Position numbers and translations under genes: made by a program
Shown here: positions 48,833-58,703 of the stretch, in pieces
How the letters are laid out: the number at the start of each line of letters is the position of its first letter
Position numbering within the stretch: the first letter of the stretch is position 1
Notes under the pieces: model-generated
Told to the model about the DNA's origin: nothing
Seen by the model: only the letters and a program-made list of their open reading frames with translations
The model's database searches: none
Origin: Candidatus Latescibacterota bacterium
GTDB lineage: Bacteria > Latescibacterota > UBA2968 > UBA8231
Length of the DNA stretch: 64,000 nucleotides
Direction: 5' to 3'
Assembly (NCBI GenBank): GCA_965197905.1
Contig: CBDAOB010000004.1
Span: 1,664,001 to 1,728,000 of the forward strand

Positions 48833-50191
48833 ATGGACTACACCGAGACCATTGTCGCCATTTCGTCGCCGCGCGGGGAGGGAGGTGTGGGCTTGGTCCG
48901 CCTCAGTGGGCCGCGGGCCATGGAGATTGGTCGAGAGGTCTTCCGCAGCACGCCCCCGTTGGGCTCGAGACCGCGCCACGTGGAGTATGGCAGAGTCACG
49001 GAAGCCGGACGAATCCTCGATCGCGGACTCGCATGGTTTTTCGAATCTCCCCACTCCTATACCGGGGAGGATACGGTGGAAATAAGCACTCACGGGAGTG
49101 TTGTGGTGCTGGAGGCGTTGGTGCAAGCGGCCATCGCCTCCGGGGCTGTGTTGGCGGCCCCTGGCGAGTTTACTCGGCGCGCCTTCATCAACGGCCGGCT
49201 GGATCTCCTTCAGGCGGAAGCGGTCATCGACATCATCCGCACGAACAGCCGCACCGGTCTTGACAACGCCTATGGTCAAGCCAGCGGGCGCCTGTCACGC
49301 CTGGTCAACGAGTTGAAACAGATAGTGGTATCTATCATCTCGTTGCTGGAGCTCGAACTTGATTTTTCGGAAGAGGACAATGAAACGGCAAGCGCGGAAT
49401 TGATCCGGCAAGAACTCCAACGTGCGTTGACTATCGCATCCCGCCTCATCGATACCTTCGAAGGAACACGCCGCCGCCAAACCGGTGTTGTCGTCTGTCT
49501 CCTCGGGCTTCCCAACGCGGGCAAGTCGACCTTGTTCAACAGCATGCTGGGCGAAGACCGGGCCATCGTTGCGCCCAAGCCGGGAACGACACGAGACGTT
49601 ATCGAAGCTCGCACGATGTGGTCTGGAGAAACGGTCCGCTTGATGGATACGTCAGGTTTCCGGATTGCGGGAGATGATGATGTGGAGCGAGAGGGCGTCC
49701 AACGAACGCTACGTTGCGTCGCGGAAGCCGACCTGGTCCTAGTCGTGGTGGATAGCTCCGAGACATGGCGGGAGATCTACGAGGATCTGCTCAGGCTGGC
49801 AGGAGACAAAGAGGCCGTTCTGGTGTTGAACAAATGCGACCTACCGAACCGTTTCAGCCCTTTGCCCGCGCACATCTCGATACCTGCCGCGGAGGTTTCG
49901 GGTCTCCAAGGAAAAGGGGTCGCCGAGCTCCAAAATCTAGCGGTACGTCACCTTCCTCAACCCAAGACCGTAGATGGGATCGGACTGGTCCATGAGCGCC
50001 ACCATGACTGCCTCCAACGAATGGCAACAGCCGCCGCGGCGGCCCTGGACGGGGTATCCGACGGCCAGCCGTATGAATGCGTCGTAGTCGACCTGCGAAC
50101 TGCCTTGGCGGCCTTGGCTGAAATGCTGGGAGAAACCCTGGATGAGGAGATTCTCGACCGCGTGTTTGCCGAATTCTGCATCGGAAAGTAG
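48833..50191 (+). CDS. mnmE: tRNA modification GTPase MnmE
   Basis: PHSYTGED, PGEFTRRAF.NGRLDL.QAE, GLPNAGKSTL, FCIGK. Confidence 0.97.
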   Translation: MDYTETIVAISSPRGEGGVGLVRLSGPRAMEIGREVFRSTPPLGSRPRHVEYGRVTEAGRILDRGLAWFFESPHSYTGEDTVEISTHGSVVVLEALVQAAIASGAVLAAPGEFTRRAFINGRLDLLQAEAVIDIIRTNSRTGLDNAYGQASGRLSRLVNELKQIVVSIISLLELELDFSEEDNETASAELIRQELQRALTIASRLIDTFEGTRRRQTGVVVCLLGLPNAGKSTLFNSMLGEDRAIVAPKPGTTRDVIEARTMWSGETVRLMDTSGFRIAGDDDVEREGVQRTLRCVAEADLVLVVVDSSETWREIYEDLLRLAGDKEAVLVLNKCDLPNRFSPLPAHISIPAAEVSGLQGKGVAELQNLAVRHLPQPKTVDGIGLVHERHHDCLQRMATAAAAALDGVSDGQPYECVVVDLRTALAALAEMLGETLDEEILDRVFAEFCIGK

Positions 50192-50193
50192 GC

Positions 50194-50209
50194 TGTTTCA
50201 CGTGAAACA
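50194..50209. other. parS centromere site 1
   Basis: Perfect palindrome TGTTTCACGTGAAACA. Confidence 0.92.
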
Positions 50210-50252
50210 GCACCGGGATCGGCCGAAGAACCATCCAAGGGTGTCGCGAGTC

Positions 50253-50268
50253 CGTTTCACGTGAAACA
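50253..50268. other. parS centromere site 2
   Basis: CGTTTCACGTGAAACA, one mismatch from consensus. Confidence 0.9.
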
Positions 50269-50283
50269 GACCGACGGACCTTC

Positions 50284-51669
50284 GGTAATGTCCTAGGTTT
50301 TCTGCAAAAAGAAACAGCGTGAAGTACCTTCCGAAGGAATTCAACAAACCTTTGGAGCCCGCTCTGGGCAGGAAGGAGTTCACGCTGTCATGCGGAAAGT
50401 ACAACCGAGCGATCGACTTCGCAAAGAGATTCAAACGTTTTTTGAGGGCATGGGTTCGGTGGACAACGGGGCCGAGGCGCTGAGCGAGCTGGTGCGTCTG
50501 GCGTCCACGCTTATGGTGCAGGAAGGCCTGGAAGCCGAGCAGGCTGATTTTGTCGGCCGCGAGCGCTACCAACGCGGTGAACGCAATGGCTATCGGAGCG
50601 GGTCTAAACCGGGTAAGCTGGACACGGCCGAAGGGCGGTTGCAGGTCGATGTGCCGCAAATTCGGGATGCGCAGCAGCCCTTTCGCTCGAAATTGTTTGA
50701 CCTGCTGAAGGGCGATTCGCAGATGCTCGAGTATCTGGCGACGGAGATGTATGCCCGCGGCTTGTCTACCCGCGACATCGCGGCCGCCTTTACCGACGAG
50801 GACGGTGTGTGCCTGTTGTCGCGTTCCGGTGTCAGCGAGGTCACCGAAGTACTGTGGGAGCAATACGAGGCCTTCCAGCAACGGGACTTGAGGGATATTC
50901 CGGTGCTGTATCTGTTCCTCGACGGGCTCTACGAGCCGCTGCGCATGCATGGGGTGAAACGCGAAGCGGTATTGTGCGCCTGGGCGATTACTACAGAGGG
51001 ACACAAAGTGCTGTTGTCGCTGGCGCTGGGCAACAAAGAGAGTTACGACGCCTGGCTTGGCTTCCTTCGCGACCTGGTGAGCCGCGGCGTGCCCGTGCCG
51101 CTCACCGTCACCAGCGATGGCGCTCCTGGGCTGTTGCGTGCTATCGACGAGGTGTGGCCGAAGAGCTGGCGCATCCGCTGTTGGGTACACCGCATGCTCA
51201 ACTTCAAAGCGAAGGTGCCCGATCATCTGTGGCCCGAAGTCAAAGCCCATCTGCAGGCCATTCGAGATGCCCCTACCCGCGAAGCCGGTGAAGCCACGGC
51301 TCGAGATGTGTTGAAACGCTTTCGCAAAGACTGTCCGAGTCTGTGCACCGCCCTCAGCGACGACCTGGAGGCCTTGCTCAATCACCTGCGCGTCCCCTGG
51401 CGCCACCGAAAACACGTACCAGGAGCTCGAGGAGCGACGACGGACTAAAGCTTCTTCACCGAAAAAAGCTGCCTGAAGCTCGTGCACGCGACGTTGATTC
51501 GCGCCGCCGACACCTGGCAGCGCATCGGTATCACGGCGACCGAACACACCCAGCTAAACCTCCTCTATCAGGAGCTGAAACATCGCGCCCGCTAATGAAA
51601 TAAGCGCCGTAGCCTGATCGGAAGGTCTTCAGGCTGCGGCTACTTTTGCAGAACTCTCAGGACTTGACC
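50284..51669 (+). mobile_element. IS256-family insertion sequence (1386 bp)
   Basis: Imperfect terminal IRs (GGTAATGTCCTAGGTTTTCTGCAAAA / GGTCAAGTCCTGAGAGTTCTGCAAAA). 9-bp target duplication CGGACCTTC at 50275-50283 and 51670-51678. Confidence 0.93.
50390..51595 (+). pseudogene. IS256 transposase, C-terminally disrupted
   Basis: RNGY, MYARGLSTR, YLFLDG, SDGAPGL, RCWVH intact. After HRKHV the TN.LER motif is missing and EERRRTK and FFTEKSCLKL continue in shifted frames. Confidence 0.88.
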
Positions 51670-51697
51670 CGGACCTTCACCCGACTCCCTCCGTAAA

Positions 51698-52309
51698 TTG
51701 GAGGTCGATCTGGACCAACTGCGGGTTCGACTGCAGGGTGTGGGTGCCTGCCTGGACGACCGCTGGATACCGCACCTGTGGAAGTATGCTTGTTTGCTAC
51801 TGCACTGGTCGCGCCGGATGAATCTGGTGTCGCCGCGAGACCGAGCGAAGATTTTTACCAAACATATTGGTCCCGCCTGTCTCATGGCCGAGTTGGTGAA
51901 ATCGGTACCGCATTCGACCGTGGTTGATTATGGCAGTGGCGCGGGTCTTCCCGGAATCCCCCTCAGGATTGTTTTTCCGCATTCGCACTTCTATTTAGTC
52001 GAATCGCGTCGCAAGCGCGCCTCCTTCTTGCGAACGGTCATTCGAACGCTCGAGTTGCCTAGGGTTACGGTGGTCAACCAACGTCTCGAAGAGTGGAGAT
52101 GTCCCGCGGGGCTGGTCGATCTGGTGGTCTCCCGCGCGACCACGAGGACCGACCTGGTAGAGCGGGTTCGTGCGCATCTGGCCCCCCATGGATCGATCGT
52201 GACCACCCTGCAGAGCACCGATGTGGACCCCAATAGGCCGTTTTGCGGAGTGCGCAAAGAATTTTCGGGTTTTCCTACCGTCGCCCTGTTCAGTCCCCTC
52301 GATAGATAG
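51698..52309 (+). CDS. rsmG: 16S rRNA m7G527 methyltransferase
   Basis: W...MNLVS, KH, DYGSGAGLPGIPL, ESRRKR..FL, VSRA. Confidence 0.92.
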   Translation: MEVDLDQLRVRLQGVGACLDDRWIPHLWKYACLLLHWSRRMNLVSPRDRAKIFTKHIGPACLMAELVKSVPHSTVVDYGSGAGLPGIPLRIVFPHSHFYLVESRRKRASFLRTVIRTLELPRVTVVNQRLEEWRCPAGLVDLVVSRATTRTDLVERVRAHLAPHGSIVTTLQSTDVDPNRPFCGVRKEFSGFPTVALFSPLDR

Positions 52310-52310
52310 G

Positions 52311-52448
52311 TTATCAACACTTTTCCACAGCGTCCTGTCAGTAATATACGGGCGCGCCAAAATAGTCTATAACATTAGTAATAACAACAATTTGAGGTAG
52401 TTCCAAGGGGAGTCTAAAGGGCGTAGGTCGTCGGCAATATGTGGATAA
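52311..52448. promoter_or_regulatory. Secondary DnaA-box cluster
   Basis: TTATCAACA 52311, TTTTCCACA 52321 and perfect TGTGGATAA 52440 around an AT-rich stretch. Confidence 0.6.
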
Positions 52449-52538
52449 CTAGTCTCGCTCCGCTCGCAGCCCAGAACGACCGGGAAAATTAGCTATTGCC
52501 ACCTTACCCGCTGACCACTTATATTTTAACCCCGAATT

Positions 52539-53183
52539 TTGTATCCGCCTTCGATTGGACCGTACCCTCTGCTTGATAAATTCCTGAAATCGTGGTTCGC
52601 CGATAAACTCAGACCGATCGCCCGCTTGTTCATTCGTCTCGGCGTGCGCCCGGACTGGTTGACGTTGTCGGGGTTGTTGTTGAACCTGGTGGCCACCGCT
52701 GCTTTTGCACGTGGACATCTGCAGTGGGGCGCTGCGATCATGCTACTGGCGGGCCTGTGTGACTTTCTGGATGGGCAGGTGGCTCGCGAAGGCAGAAAGG
52801 AAACCAAGTTCGGTGCCCTGCTTGACTCGACGACGGATCGATATTCGGAAATATTCATTTATTTTGGAATCGGCGCCTATCTCATTCAGCAGGAAAAGTG
52901 GATCGTCTGCGGAATCCTGTTCTTTGCGTTGTCAGGCTCATTGATGGTCAGCTATGTACGCGCCCGAGCTGAAGGGTTGGGCGAGGATTGCAAGGTTGGA
53001 TTCATGCAGCGCCCGGAACGCATCGTCGCCCTCGGCCTAGGCGGATTGGTGGGTCACGAGGGACTGGTGTTGGTTCTTGTCGTCTTGGCGTTAGCGACGA
53101 ACTACACGGTCATCGAGCGCCTTGCCTATATCCGCAACAAGTGGAAAACGAGCGCCACATCGGCGCCGGCGCAAGGTTCCTAG
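52539..53183 (+). CDS. CDP-alcohol phosphatidyltransferase
   Basis: D.LDGQVAR......FGALLDS..DR motif; SYVRARAE. Start uncertain. Confidence 0.92.
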   Translation: MYPPSIGPYPLLDKFLKSWFADKLRPIARLFIRLGVRPDWLTLSGLLLNLVATAAFARGHLQWGAAIMLLAGLCDFLDGQVAREGRKETKFGALLDSTTDRYSEIFIYFGIGAYLIQQEKWIVCGILFFALSGSLMVSYVRARAEGLGEDCKVGFMQRPERIVALGLGGLVGHEGLVLVLVVLALATNYTVIERLAYIRNKWKTSATSAPAQGS

Positions 53184-53227
53184 GTCGCGCATCCCCAACC
53201 CCTCCGCTGTTTTGGCGGTTGTCTCCA

Positions 53228-53872
53228 TTGCCTCTGCCCCTTTTCATCGCGTTTGAAGGTATCGACGGTAGCGGCACCACGACGCAATGCTGCTTACTCC
53301 AGCAACACATCGAGGAGCACTTTCACTGCCCCGTCGTCGCCACCCGAGAGCCGGGGGGCACTCCCGCTGCAGAGCGTATCCGACAGCTGGTACTCGACCC
53401 TTGTCTGGTTGAGCTGGACCCGCTCACCGAGCTTCTCCTTTATGCCGCCGGCCGGGCCCAACACGTGCGCGAACGCATTGAGCCGGCGCTGGCAGCTGGA
53501 ACACCCGTTCTCTGTGACCGCTACACCGCATCGTCCGTCGCGTACCAAGGCTTTGGCCGCGGTCTGGCTGTGGACCTCGTCGAGAAGGTCAACGCCATTG
53601 CGACCGGTGGCCGCCGTCCCGACGACACGATCTTTCTCGATCTTCCCGTCGAACAAGCGCAGGCTCGCTTATCGCACCGAGGCGAGCGACGCGATCGACT
53701 CGAGATGGCGGGGATCGACCTACAAGAGCGGGTTCGCGGGGCCTATTTGGAGATTGCCGAGCGCAGCCCAACGGTTTCAATGCTAGTAGACAGCTGCCCG
53801 CCAGCGAGTGAGGTCGGCAACGAAATTCTTCGCGCGTTGAGGCACAGGTGGCCAGGTTTTCCGTTCAAGTAA
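53228..53872 (+). CDS. tmk: Thymidylate kinase
   Basis: FEGIDGSG.TTQ, TREPGG, DRY..SS.AYQG. TTG start inferred. Confidence 0.93.
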   Translation: MPLPLFIAFEGIDGSGTTTQCCLLQQHIEEHFHCPVVATREPGGTPAAERIRQLVLDPCLVELDPLTELLLYAAGRAQHVRERIEPALAAGTPVLCDRYTASSVAYQGFGRGLAVDLVEKVNAIATGGRRPDDTIFLDLPVEQAQARLSHRGERRDRLEMAGIDLQERVRGAYLEIAERSPTVSMLVDSCPPASEVGNEILRALRHRWPGFPFK

Positions 53873-53885
53873 TGGAGATTCGAAG

Positions 53886-55757
53886 GTGAAAACGAGATTA
53901 GCAGCCACGTTTGTATGGGTGGGAATGATCGTCCCCGGGTTGTTGGCGGCCAAGCCGGCGGATCGGTACGCCGAGACCAATGCGGGATGGGATCGGTTTG
54001 GGGCGGTCTACGCGCGTGTAGTTGACAGTTATTACGATTCGCTAAGCCAGGCCGATCTGTTGCAGGCGGCTATCCACGGGGTGTTGGGTGAACTCGACTC
54101 CTACAGTCAGTATTACGACCGAGAGGGGTTGCGTCAGCTGCGCCAGGACACGACCGGGAAGTTCGCTGGCCTGGGGATTACGGTAGCGGTAAAAGATTCT
54201 TACCCGATCGTGATCGCCCCGATCGAAGGTACGCCTGCCGACCGCGCCGGGTTGCTGCCCGGTGACCTGATCGTCGCGGTCGAAGACCAGGATACCTTCG
54301 GGATGAGTCTAGACACGGTCGTCGGCATACTGCGGGGAGAGCCTGGAACCACCGTCCGTATTGGTGTCGCCCACAAACGGGGACAACCTCCCCGCCGTGT
54401 TGCCATCCGCCGTGAGGTGATCAAAATCCGCAGCGTCGCGTTAGTCGAGCGGATAGATCCGGCTATCGGGTACATAAGCATGCGCCAGACCCGCTTCTCC
54501 GAAGAAACAGCCACCGAGGTGCAGAGCGGTTTGCAGGACCTGACTGCTTTGGGCGTCAACAGCTTGATCCTGGATCTGCGCGGCAATCCCGGCGGTTTAC
54601 TTAGCCAGGCCCAGCAGGTGGCCGATCTCTTCCTGCCTAAGGGGGTGCCGATCGTTTCGGTTCGCGAGCGCGACGGTCGTCGCGAGGATACCAAATACTC
54701 TCTAAAGACTCCCATGGCCGTCGACATCCCACTGGTAATACTGATCGATGAGGGCAGTGCTAGCGCCGCCGAGATCGTGGCCGGTGCCGTGCAAGACAAC
54801 GACCGCGGCATCATTGTGGGAAATACCTCGTTTGGCAAGGGGTCGGTACAGACCATATTCGATCTCTATGAAGCAAATGACAGCGCTTTGAAGCTGACTA
54901 CGGCCTTATATTACACCCCCAGCGGCCGCAGCATTCACCGCCCGGGCGGGCCGACCATCCGCAGTATGAGCGCACGCCAGATCGGTGGTTTGAACCTACC
55001 CGCCCAGGCCGTTGTCAGCAGCCTCCTCAGCGCCGAAAATCGATCCACCGCCGTTGCCGCCCTCCGCGTCGCGCTCGATGTGGATCAAACCCAGGCCGAG
55101 CGCATCCTGGCGGCGCCCCTCGGGGCGCTGGTCGGCCCAAAGATCGACACAAGCGCCGTAACCGACAGCGGCGCCGCAACCATGGAGGAAAACGATCGAT
55201 ACTTCCGCACGCGGCGCGGCCGCAAGGTGTTTGGTGGTGGGGGAATTACCCCCGACATCATCGTCGAGCGAGATACCTGGCCCGGGTTCGCACGACATCT
55301 TGAACGAAGTCGTTTGTTCTTCGATTTCGTAGTCGACCAGGTTCCCGCCGACTCGATCTCGGCACTTCGCGCCCGCGGGTATACGGTCAATGAAGACATG
55401 GTACTGGCTTTTCGACGGTTCATCGACGCATCGCAGTATGCTCGCGACGGACATCTCAGAGCCGACGCCGAACTCGAAGAGCTGCGGCAGATCGCCGCGC
55501 AGATGGGATGGACCGCAGAGACGCAGGACGGCATCGATCGCCTGGAGTCGGTGATCCGGCAGGAGGAGAAAACGGGGTTCGCGCCTGAGTTAGAACCGTA
55601 TATTAGAGTCGCCTTGGAACGCGAGCTCTCTCTGCGTCTGAGCGGTCGCAAAGCGCAGCTCAGATCGGTCCTTGAAAGCGATCGACAACTCAAAGCTGCC
55701 ATAGAGATTCTGGGCGATCCCGATCGCTATCGAAAAGTTTTGCAAGGAACTACCTGA
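53886..55757 (+). CDS. S41 carboxy-terminal processing protease
   Basis: PDZ domain, DLRGNPGGLL, SASAAEIVAGA.QD, FGKGSVQ, YYTPSGRSI. Confidence 0.95.
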   Translation: MKTRLAATFVWVGMIVPGLLAAKPADRYAETNAGWDRFGAVYARVVDSYYDSLSQADLLQAAIHGVLGELDSYSQYYDREGLRQLRQDTTGKFAGLGITVAVKDSYPIVIAPIEGTPADRAGLLPGDLIVAVEDQDTFGMSLDTVVGILRGEPGTTVRIGVAHKRGQPPRRVAIRREVIKIRSVALVERIDPAIGYISMRQTRFSEETATEVQSGLQDLTALGVNSLILDLRGNPGGLLSQAQQVADLFLPKGVPIVSVRERDGRREDTKYSLKTPMAVDIPLVILIDEGSASAAEIVAGAVQDNDRGIIVGNTSFGKGSVQTIFDLYEANDSALKLTTALYYTPSGRSIHRPGGPTIRSMSARQIGGLNLPAQAVVSSLLSAENRSTAVAALRVALDVDQTQAERILAAPLGALVGPKIDTSAVTDSGAATMEENDRYFRTRRGRKVFGGGGITPDIIVERDTWPGFARHLERSRLFFDFVVDQVPADSISALRARGYTVNEDMVLAFRRFIDASQYARDGHLRADAELEELRQIAAQMGWTAETQDGIDRLESVIRQEEKTGFAPELEPYIRVALERELSLRLSGRKAQLRSVLESDRQLKAAIEILGDPDRYRKVLQGTT

Positions 55758-55857
55758 ACAAAGCTTGATGGAGCGCTGAATCCAATGTATTTTAGATGTA
55801 TCGTGCCGTTTTCGGCTTCGACCGGAAACTGCATTCGGGCATTGAGCAATTAACTCG

Positions 55858-56230
55858 TGGAGCCTGACTCGGCGGCTCCAAATCAGGGAATTTGTACCGT
55901 AATTGCCGGACGTGGAACCGTCGCAAGTAATCCACGTTATTCAACGAAAATCGTGCGCCAGGTGGGAATGAAAGAGGTAGACAGCAGACAGAGGGATCGT
56001 AGCGCACGTTGAAGCAAACCAAACCTACAGCCGCAGAGGGCATGTCGTGCGCCCGTCAACCCTGTTGATATGCGGCCGGAATCGCGCACCTCAGCACACG
56101 CCCGTTTGCCGGGTACAATACCGCTCGTAGGTCCGGCAAAGCGCAAGGCGCGAACCGTCACGTAGTAGACCGACCGGCAGCAACACCCCACCCTGATTTG
56201 ACTCGCCTATCCAGCACGTTGCTGGATTCC
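55858..56230 (+). ncRNA. Putative structured 5' leader of rne/rng
   Basis: Long-range helix CAAATCAGGG (55879-88) / CCCTGATTTG (56191-200) enclosing several nested hairpins. Confidence 0.55.
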
Positions 56231-56334
56231 GCGCGAAATAGCCTCCGCGTAAGGGCCCCTCATTTATCTTCTCCCGCACCGTCCGCAACGGACGAGGTCT
56301 GGAGATACATACCCACTAGTATTTCAAGGATTAT

Positions 56335-57867
56335 ATGCACACAGAAATTCTAATAAATGACGGCACGCACGAGTCGCGCATCGCCATCGTCGAAGACGGC
56401 AAGGTTGCCGAGGTTTGGGTAGAACGCCCAGAAAACGAGCGCATGGTCGGAGATATCTACAAAGGACGTATAAGTGCCGTTCTCCCAGGATTGCAGGCCG
56501 CCTTCGTCGAAATCGGGCAGGATCGCACCGCCTTCCTGCAAGCTCGCGACATGATGGAAGCAGACAACAAGGATATGGAAAATGGCGGCGGTTCACGCGG
56601 CGGCAGGCGGTCTCGATACGCGCCGACCCCGCCGATCCAAAAGCTCGTCCGCAAAGGGGATGAGGTCCTGGTTCAAATCGCCAAGGAGCCCATCGGCACC
56701 AAAGGCGCTCGCGTTACAACCCAACTCTCCTTGGCGGGCCGCTTCATGGTGCTGGTACCTGGCGGCAACTGGGCAGGAGTATCGCGGAAGATCTCCAGCT
56801 ACAGTGAGCGTCGCCGGCTGCGGGATCTGGTAAACAGCCTGCGGCCCAAAGGCTACTCTGTCATCGTGCGCACCGAGGGACGGGGGAAGACGGAAAAAGA
56901 GTTTCGTCGCGATTTGAAGAATCTCGTCAAGATTCACGAGCGGATAGCGAGGTTGGAGAAAAGGACCGACGCACCAGCTCAGCTGCACAAGGAACTCGGC
57001 ATGACCTCTAGCATCATTCGCGACTTGTTTACCGACAATGTCGATCGAATGGTAGTGGACACCAAAGAGCTCTACCGCGAGATCATCGCCTATTTGCGTA
57101 CGGTGTCGCCCGATTTGCGCAAGCGGGTCGAATATTACCGCGATCGCAAGCCCATTTTCGACGCCTTCGGAATCGAAGAAACCTTGGAGAAGCTAACCGG
57201 GCGCAATGTGCGTATGAAAAAGGGGGGCAATCTGGTCATTGACCACGCCGAGGCCGGCACCTTCGTCGACGTGAACTCGGCGCGGTACGTAGGATCGGAC
57301 GATCAAGAGACGAACAACCTCAACACCAACCTGGAAGCGGCTCGAGAACTCGCCCGCCAGCTGCGGCTGCGCGACATAGGGGGCATCATCGTCGTTGATT
57401 TTATCGACATGAACGACGAAAAGAATCGCCGCAAGGTAATCGAGGAGATGATCAGCGAAGCCAAGAAGGACCGTGCCAAGATGTCGATCAGTCCGCAGAT
57501 AAGCGAGTTCGGATTGGTCGAAATGACGCGTCAACGGGTCCGCCCCAACCTGCTACACACCCATAGCGAACCCTGTCCTATCTGCCAAGGAACGGGCCGG
57601 GTAACCGGTCCGGACACCACCGTCACAAAGATCGAGCGCTGGTTGCGGAGGTCGTATGCTGCCACCAAGGAACGTCGTTTCGTGCTCCGCGTACACCCCG
57701 AGGTAGCAAGCTACATGCTGGAGAATCGCGAGATCAGGCTGAAATCGATCCGCAAGGCGACCCGAGCGCGGCTGCAGTTGGAGCACGACGCTACCCTGTC
57801 CACGGACGACTACCGTTTCTTTTCTACCAAACGAAATCTGGATGTGACGGCGGAGTTCCAAATTTGA
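56335..57867 (+). CDS. Rne/Rng family ribonuclease
   Basis: VGDIYKGR..VLPGLQAAFV S1 domain, KEPIGTKGAR, DVNS, LRLRDIGGIIVVDFIDM, CPIC. Confidence 0.96.
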   Translation: MHTEILINDGTHESRIAIVEDGKVAEVWVERPENERMVGDIYKGRISAVLPGLQAAFVEIGQDRTAFLQARDMMEADNKDMENGGGSRGGRRSRYAPTPPIQKLVRKGDEVLVQIAKEPIGTKGARVTTQLSLAGRFMVLVPGGNWAGVSRKISSYSERRRLRDLVNSLRPKGYSVIVRTEGRGKTEKEFRRDLKNLVKIHERIARLEKRTDAPAQLHKELGMTSSIIRDLFTDNVDRMVVDTKELYREIIAYLRTVSPDLRKRVEYYRDRKPIFDAFGIEETLEKLTGRNVRMKKGGNLVIDHAEAGTFVDVNSARYVGSDDQETNNLNTNLEAARELARQLRLRDIGGIIVVDFIDMNDEKNRRKVIEEMISEAKKDRAKMSISPQISEFGLVEMTRQRVRPNLLHTHSEPCPICQGTGRVTGPDTTVTKIERWLRRSYAATKERRFVLRVHPEVASYMLENREIRLKSIRKATRARLQLEHDATLSTDDYRFFSTKRNLDVTAEFQI

Positions 57868-57934
57868 CAGATCGCCGCAACGCCCATAATTTCCGTGTTC
57901 TGGTTGATTTTCACCATGTTGCAGGATCCTCCTA

Positions 57935-58252
57935 ATGTTCGCTGTCGTCGACATTGCCGGTTCTCAAGTTCGAGTGGAAAAGGGGCGCACCTTGCGGGTG
58001 CCTAGATTGGCCTCGGAAACCGGAGCTCAGGAACGTTTTCCCAATGTGTTGCTGGTCAGCGACGCGGGCAAAACCAGTACCGGCAAACCGTTTGTGGAAG
58101 GGGCGGCGGTCGAAGCTACCATTATCGGCCACGGCCGCGGCGAGAAGGTGATCGTCTTTAAGATGAAGCGACGCAAGAAGTACAGACGACGCAACGGCCA
58201 TCGCCAAGACTTTACCGAGATTCGAGTTGACGAGATTACCTCACCCGGTTAG
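57935..58252 (+). CDS. rplU: 50S ribosomal protein L21
   Basis: KV.VFK.KRRK.YRR.NGHRQ. Confidence 0.96.
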   Translation: MFAVVDIAGSQVRVEKGRTLRVPRLASETGAQERFPNVLLVSDAGKTSTGKPFVEGAAVEATIIGHGRGEKVIVFKMKRRKKYRRRNGHRQDFTEIRVDEITSPG

Positions 58253-58272
58253 CGCCAGCTAGGCAACCACAA

Positions 58273-58533
58273 ATGGCACACAAAAAAGGGGTTGGAAGCT
58301 CTAGAAACGGTCGCGACAGCCATTCGAAACGGCTCGGTGTGAAACGGTTTGGGGGTGAAAAGGTAGCGGCGGGTACCATCCTTGTGCGCCAGCGCGGAAC
58401 TCGAATTCATCCGGGTGTCAACGTGAAGAAGGGGGGCGACGATACCCTATATGCCGTCGGCGACGGGGCCGTCAAGTTCGAACGCTGGGGCCGCGATCGA
58501 AAAAGGGTCAGTGTCTACGCACTAGCCGAATAG
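58273..58533 (+). CDS. rpmA: 50S ribosomal protein L27
   Basis: [16 protein letters not shown]. Confidence 0.98.
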   Translation: MAHKKGVGSSRNGRDSHSKRLGVKRFGGEKVAAGTILVRQRGTRIHPGVNVKKGGDDTLYAVGDGAVKFERWGRDRKRVSVYALAE

Positions 58534-58564
58534 CGCTCAGCTGCACCCTGACAAACGCCATAGA

Positions 58565-58605
58565 GGCCACCGAGAATTCAGCTTCGGTGGCCGTTTTTGT
58601 TTTTT
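58565..58605 (+). terminator. Rho-independent terminator after rpmA
   Basis: GGCCACCGA...TCGGTGGCC stem followed by a T-rich tract. Confidence 0.85.
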
Positions 58606-58632
58606 GACGCCGCACTCCGTGCAACCTATTAT
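58604..58632 (+). promoter_or_regulatory. Sigma70 promoter of frd operon
   Basis: TTGACG-N17-TATTAT. Confidence 0.6.
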
Positions 58633-58703
58633 AGGGCGATCATTTTGGACCTAGAGCGAAACTCCACCCCAAAAGATTCATCTATTAGACCCACCATGAC
58701 TGC

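Noticed and set aside
50198..51547. 449-aa minus-strand ORF over the IS, and many other long shadow ORFs
   Set aside because: Antisense or alternative frames of well-supported genes, expected in high-GC DNA, with no motifs.
55790..56334. RNase P RNA or tmRNA in the gap before rne
   Set aside because: No GAGGAAAGTCC-type core and no tRNA-like ends.
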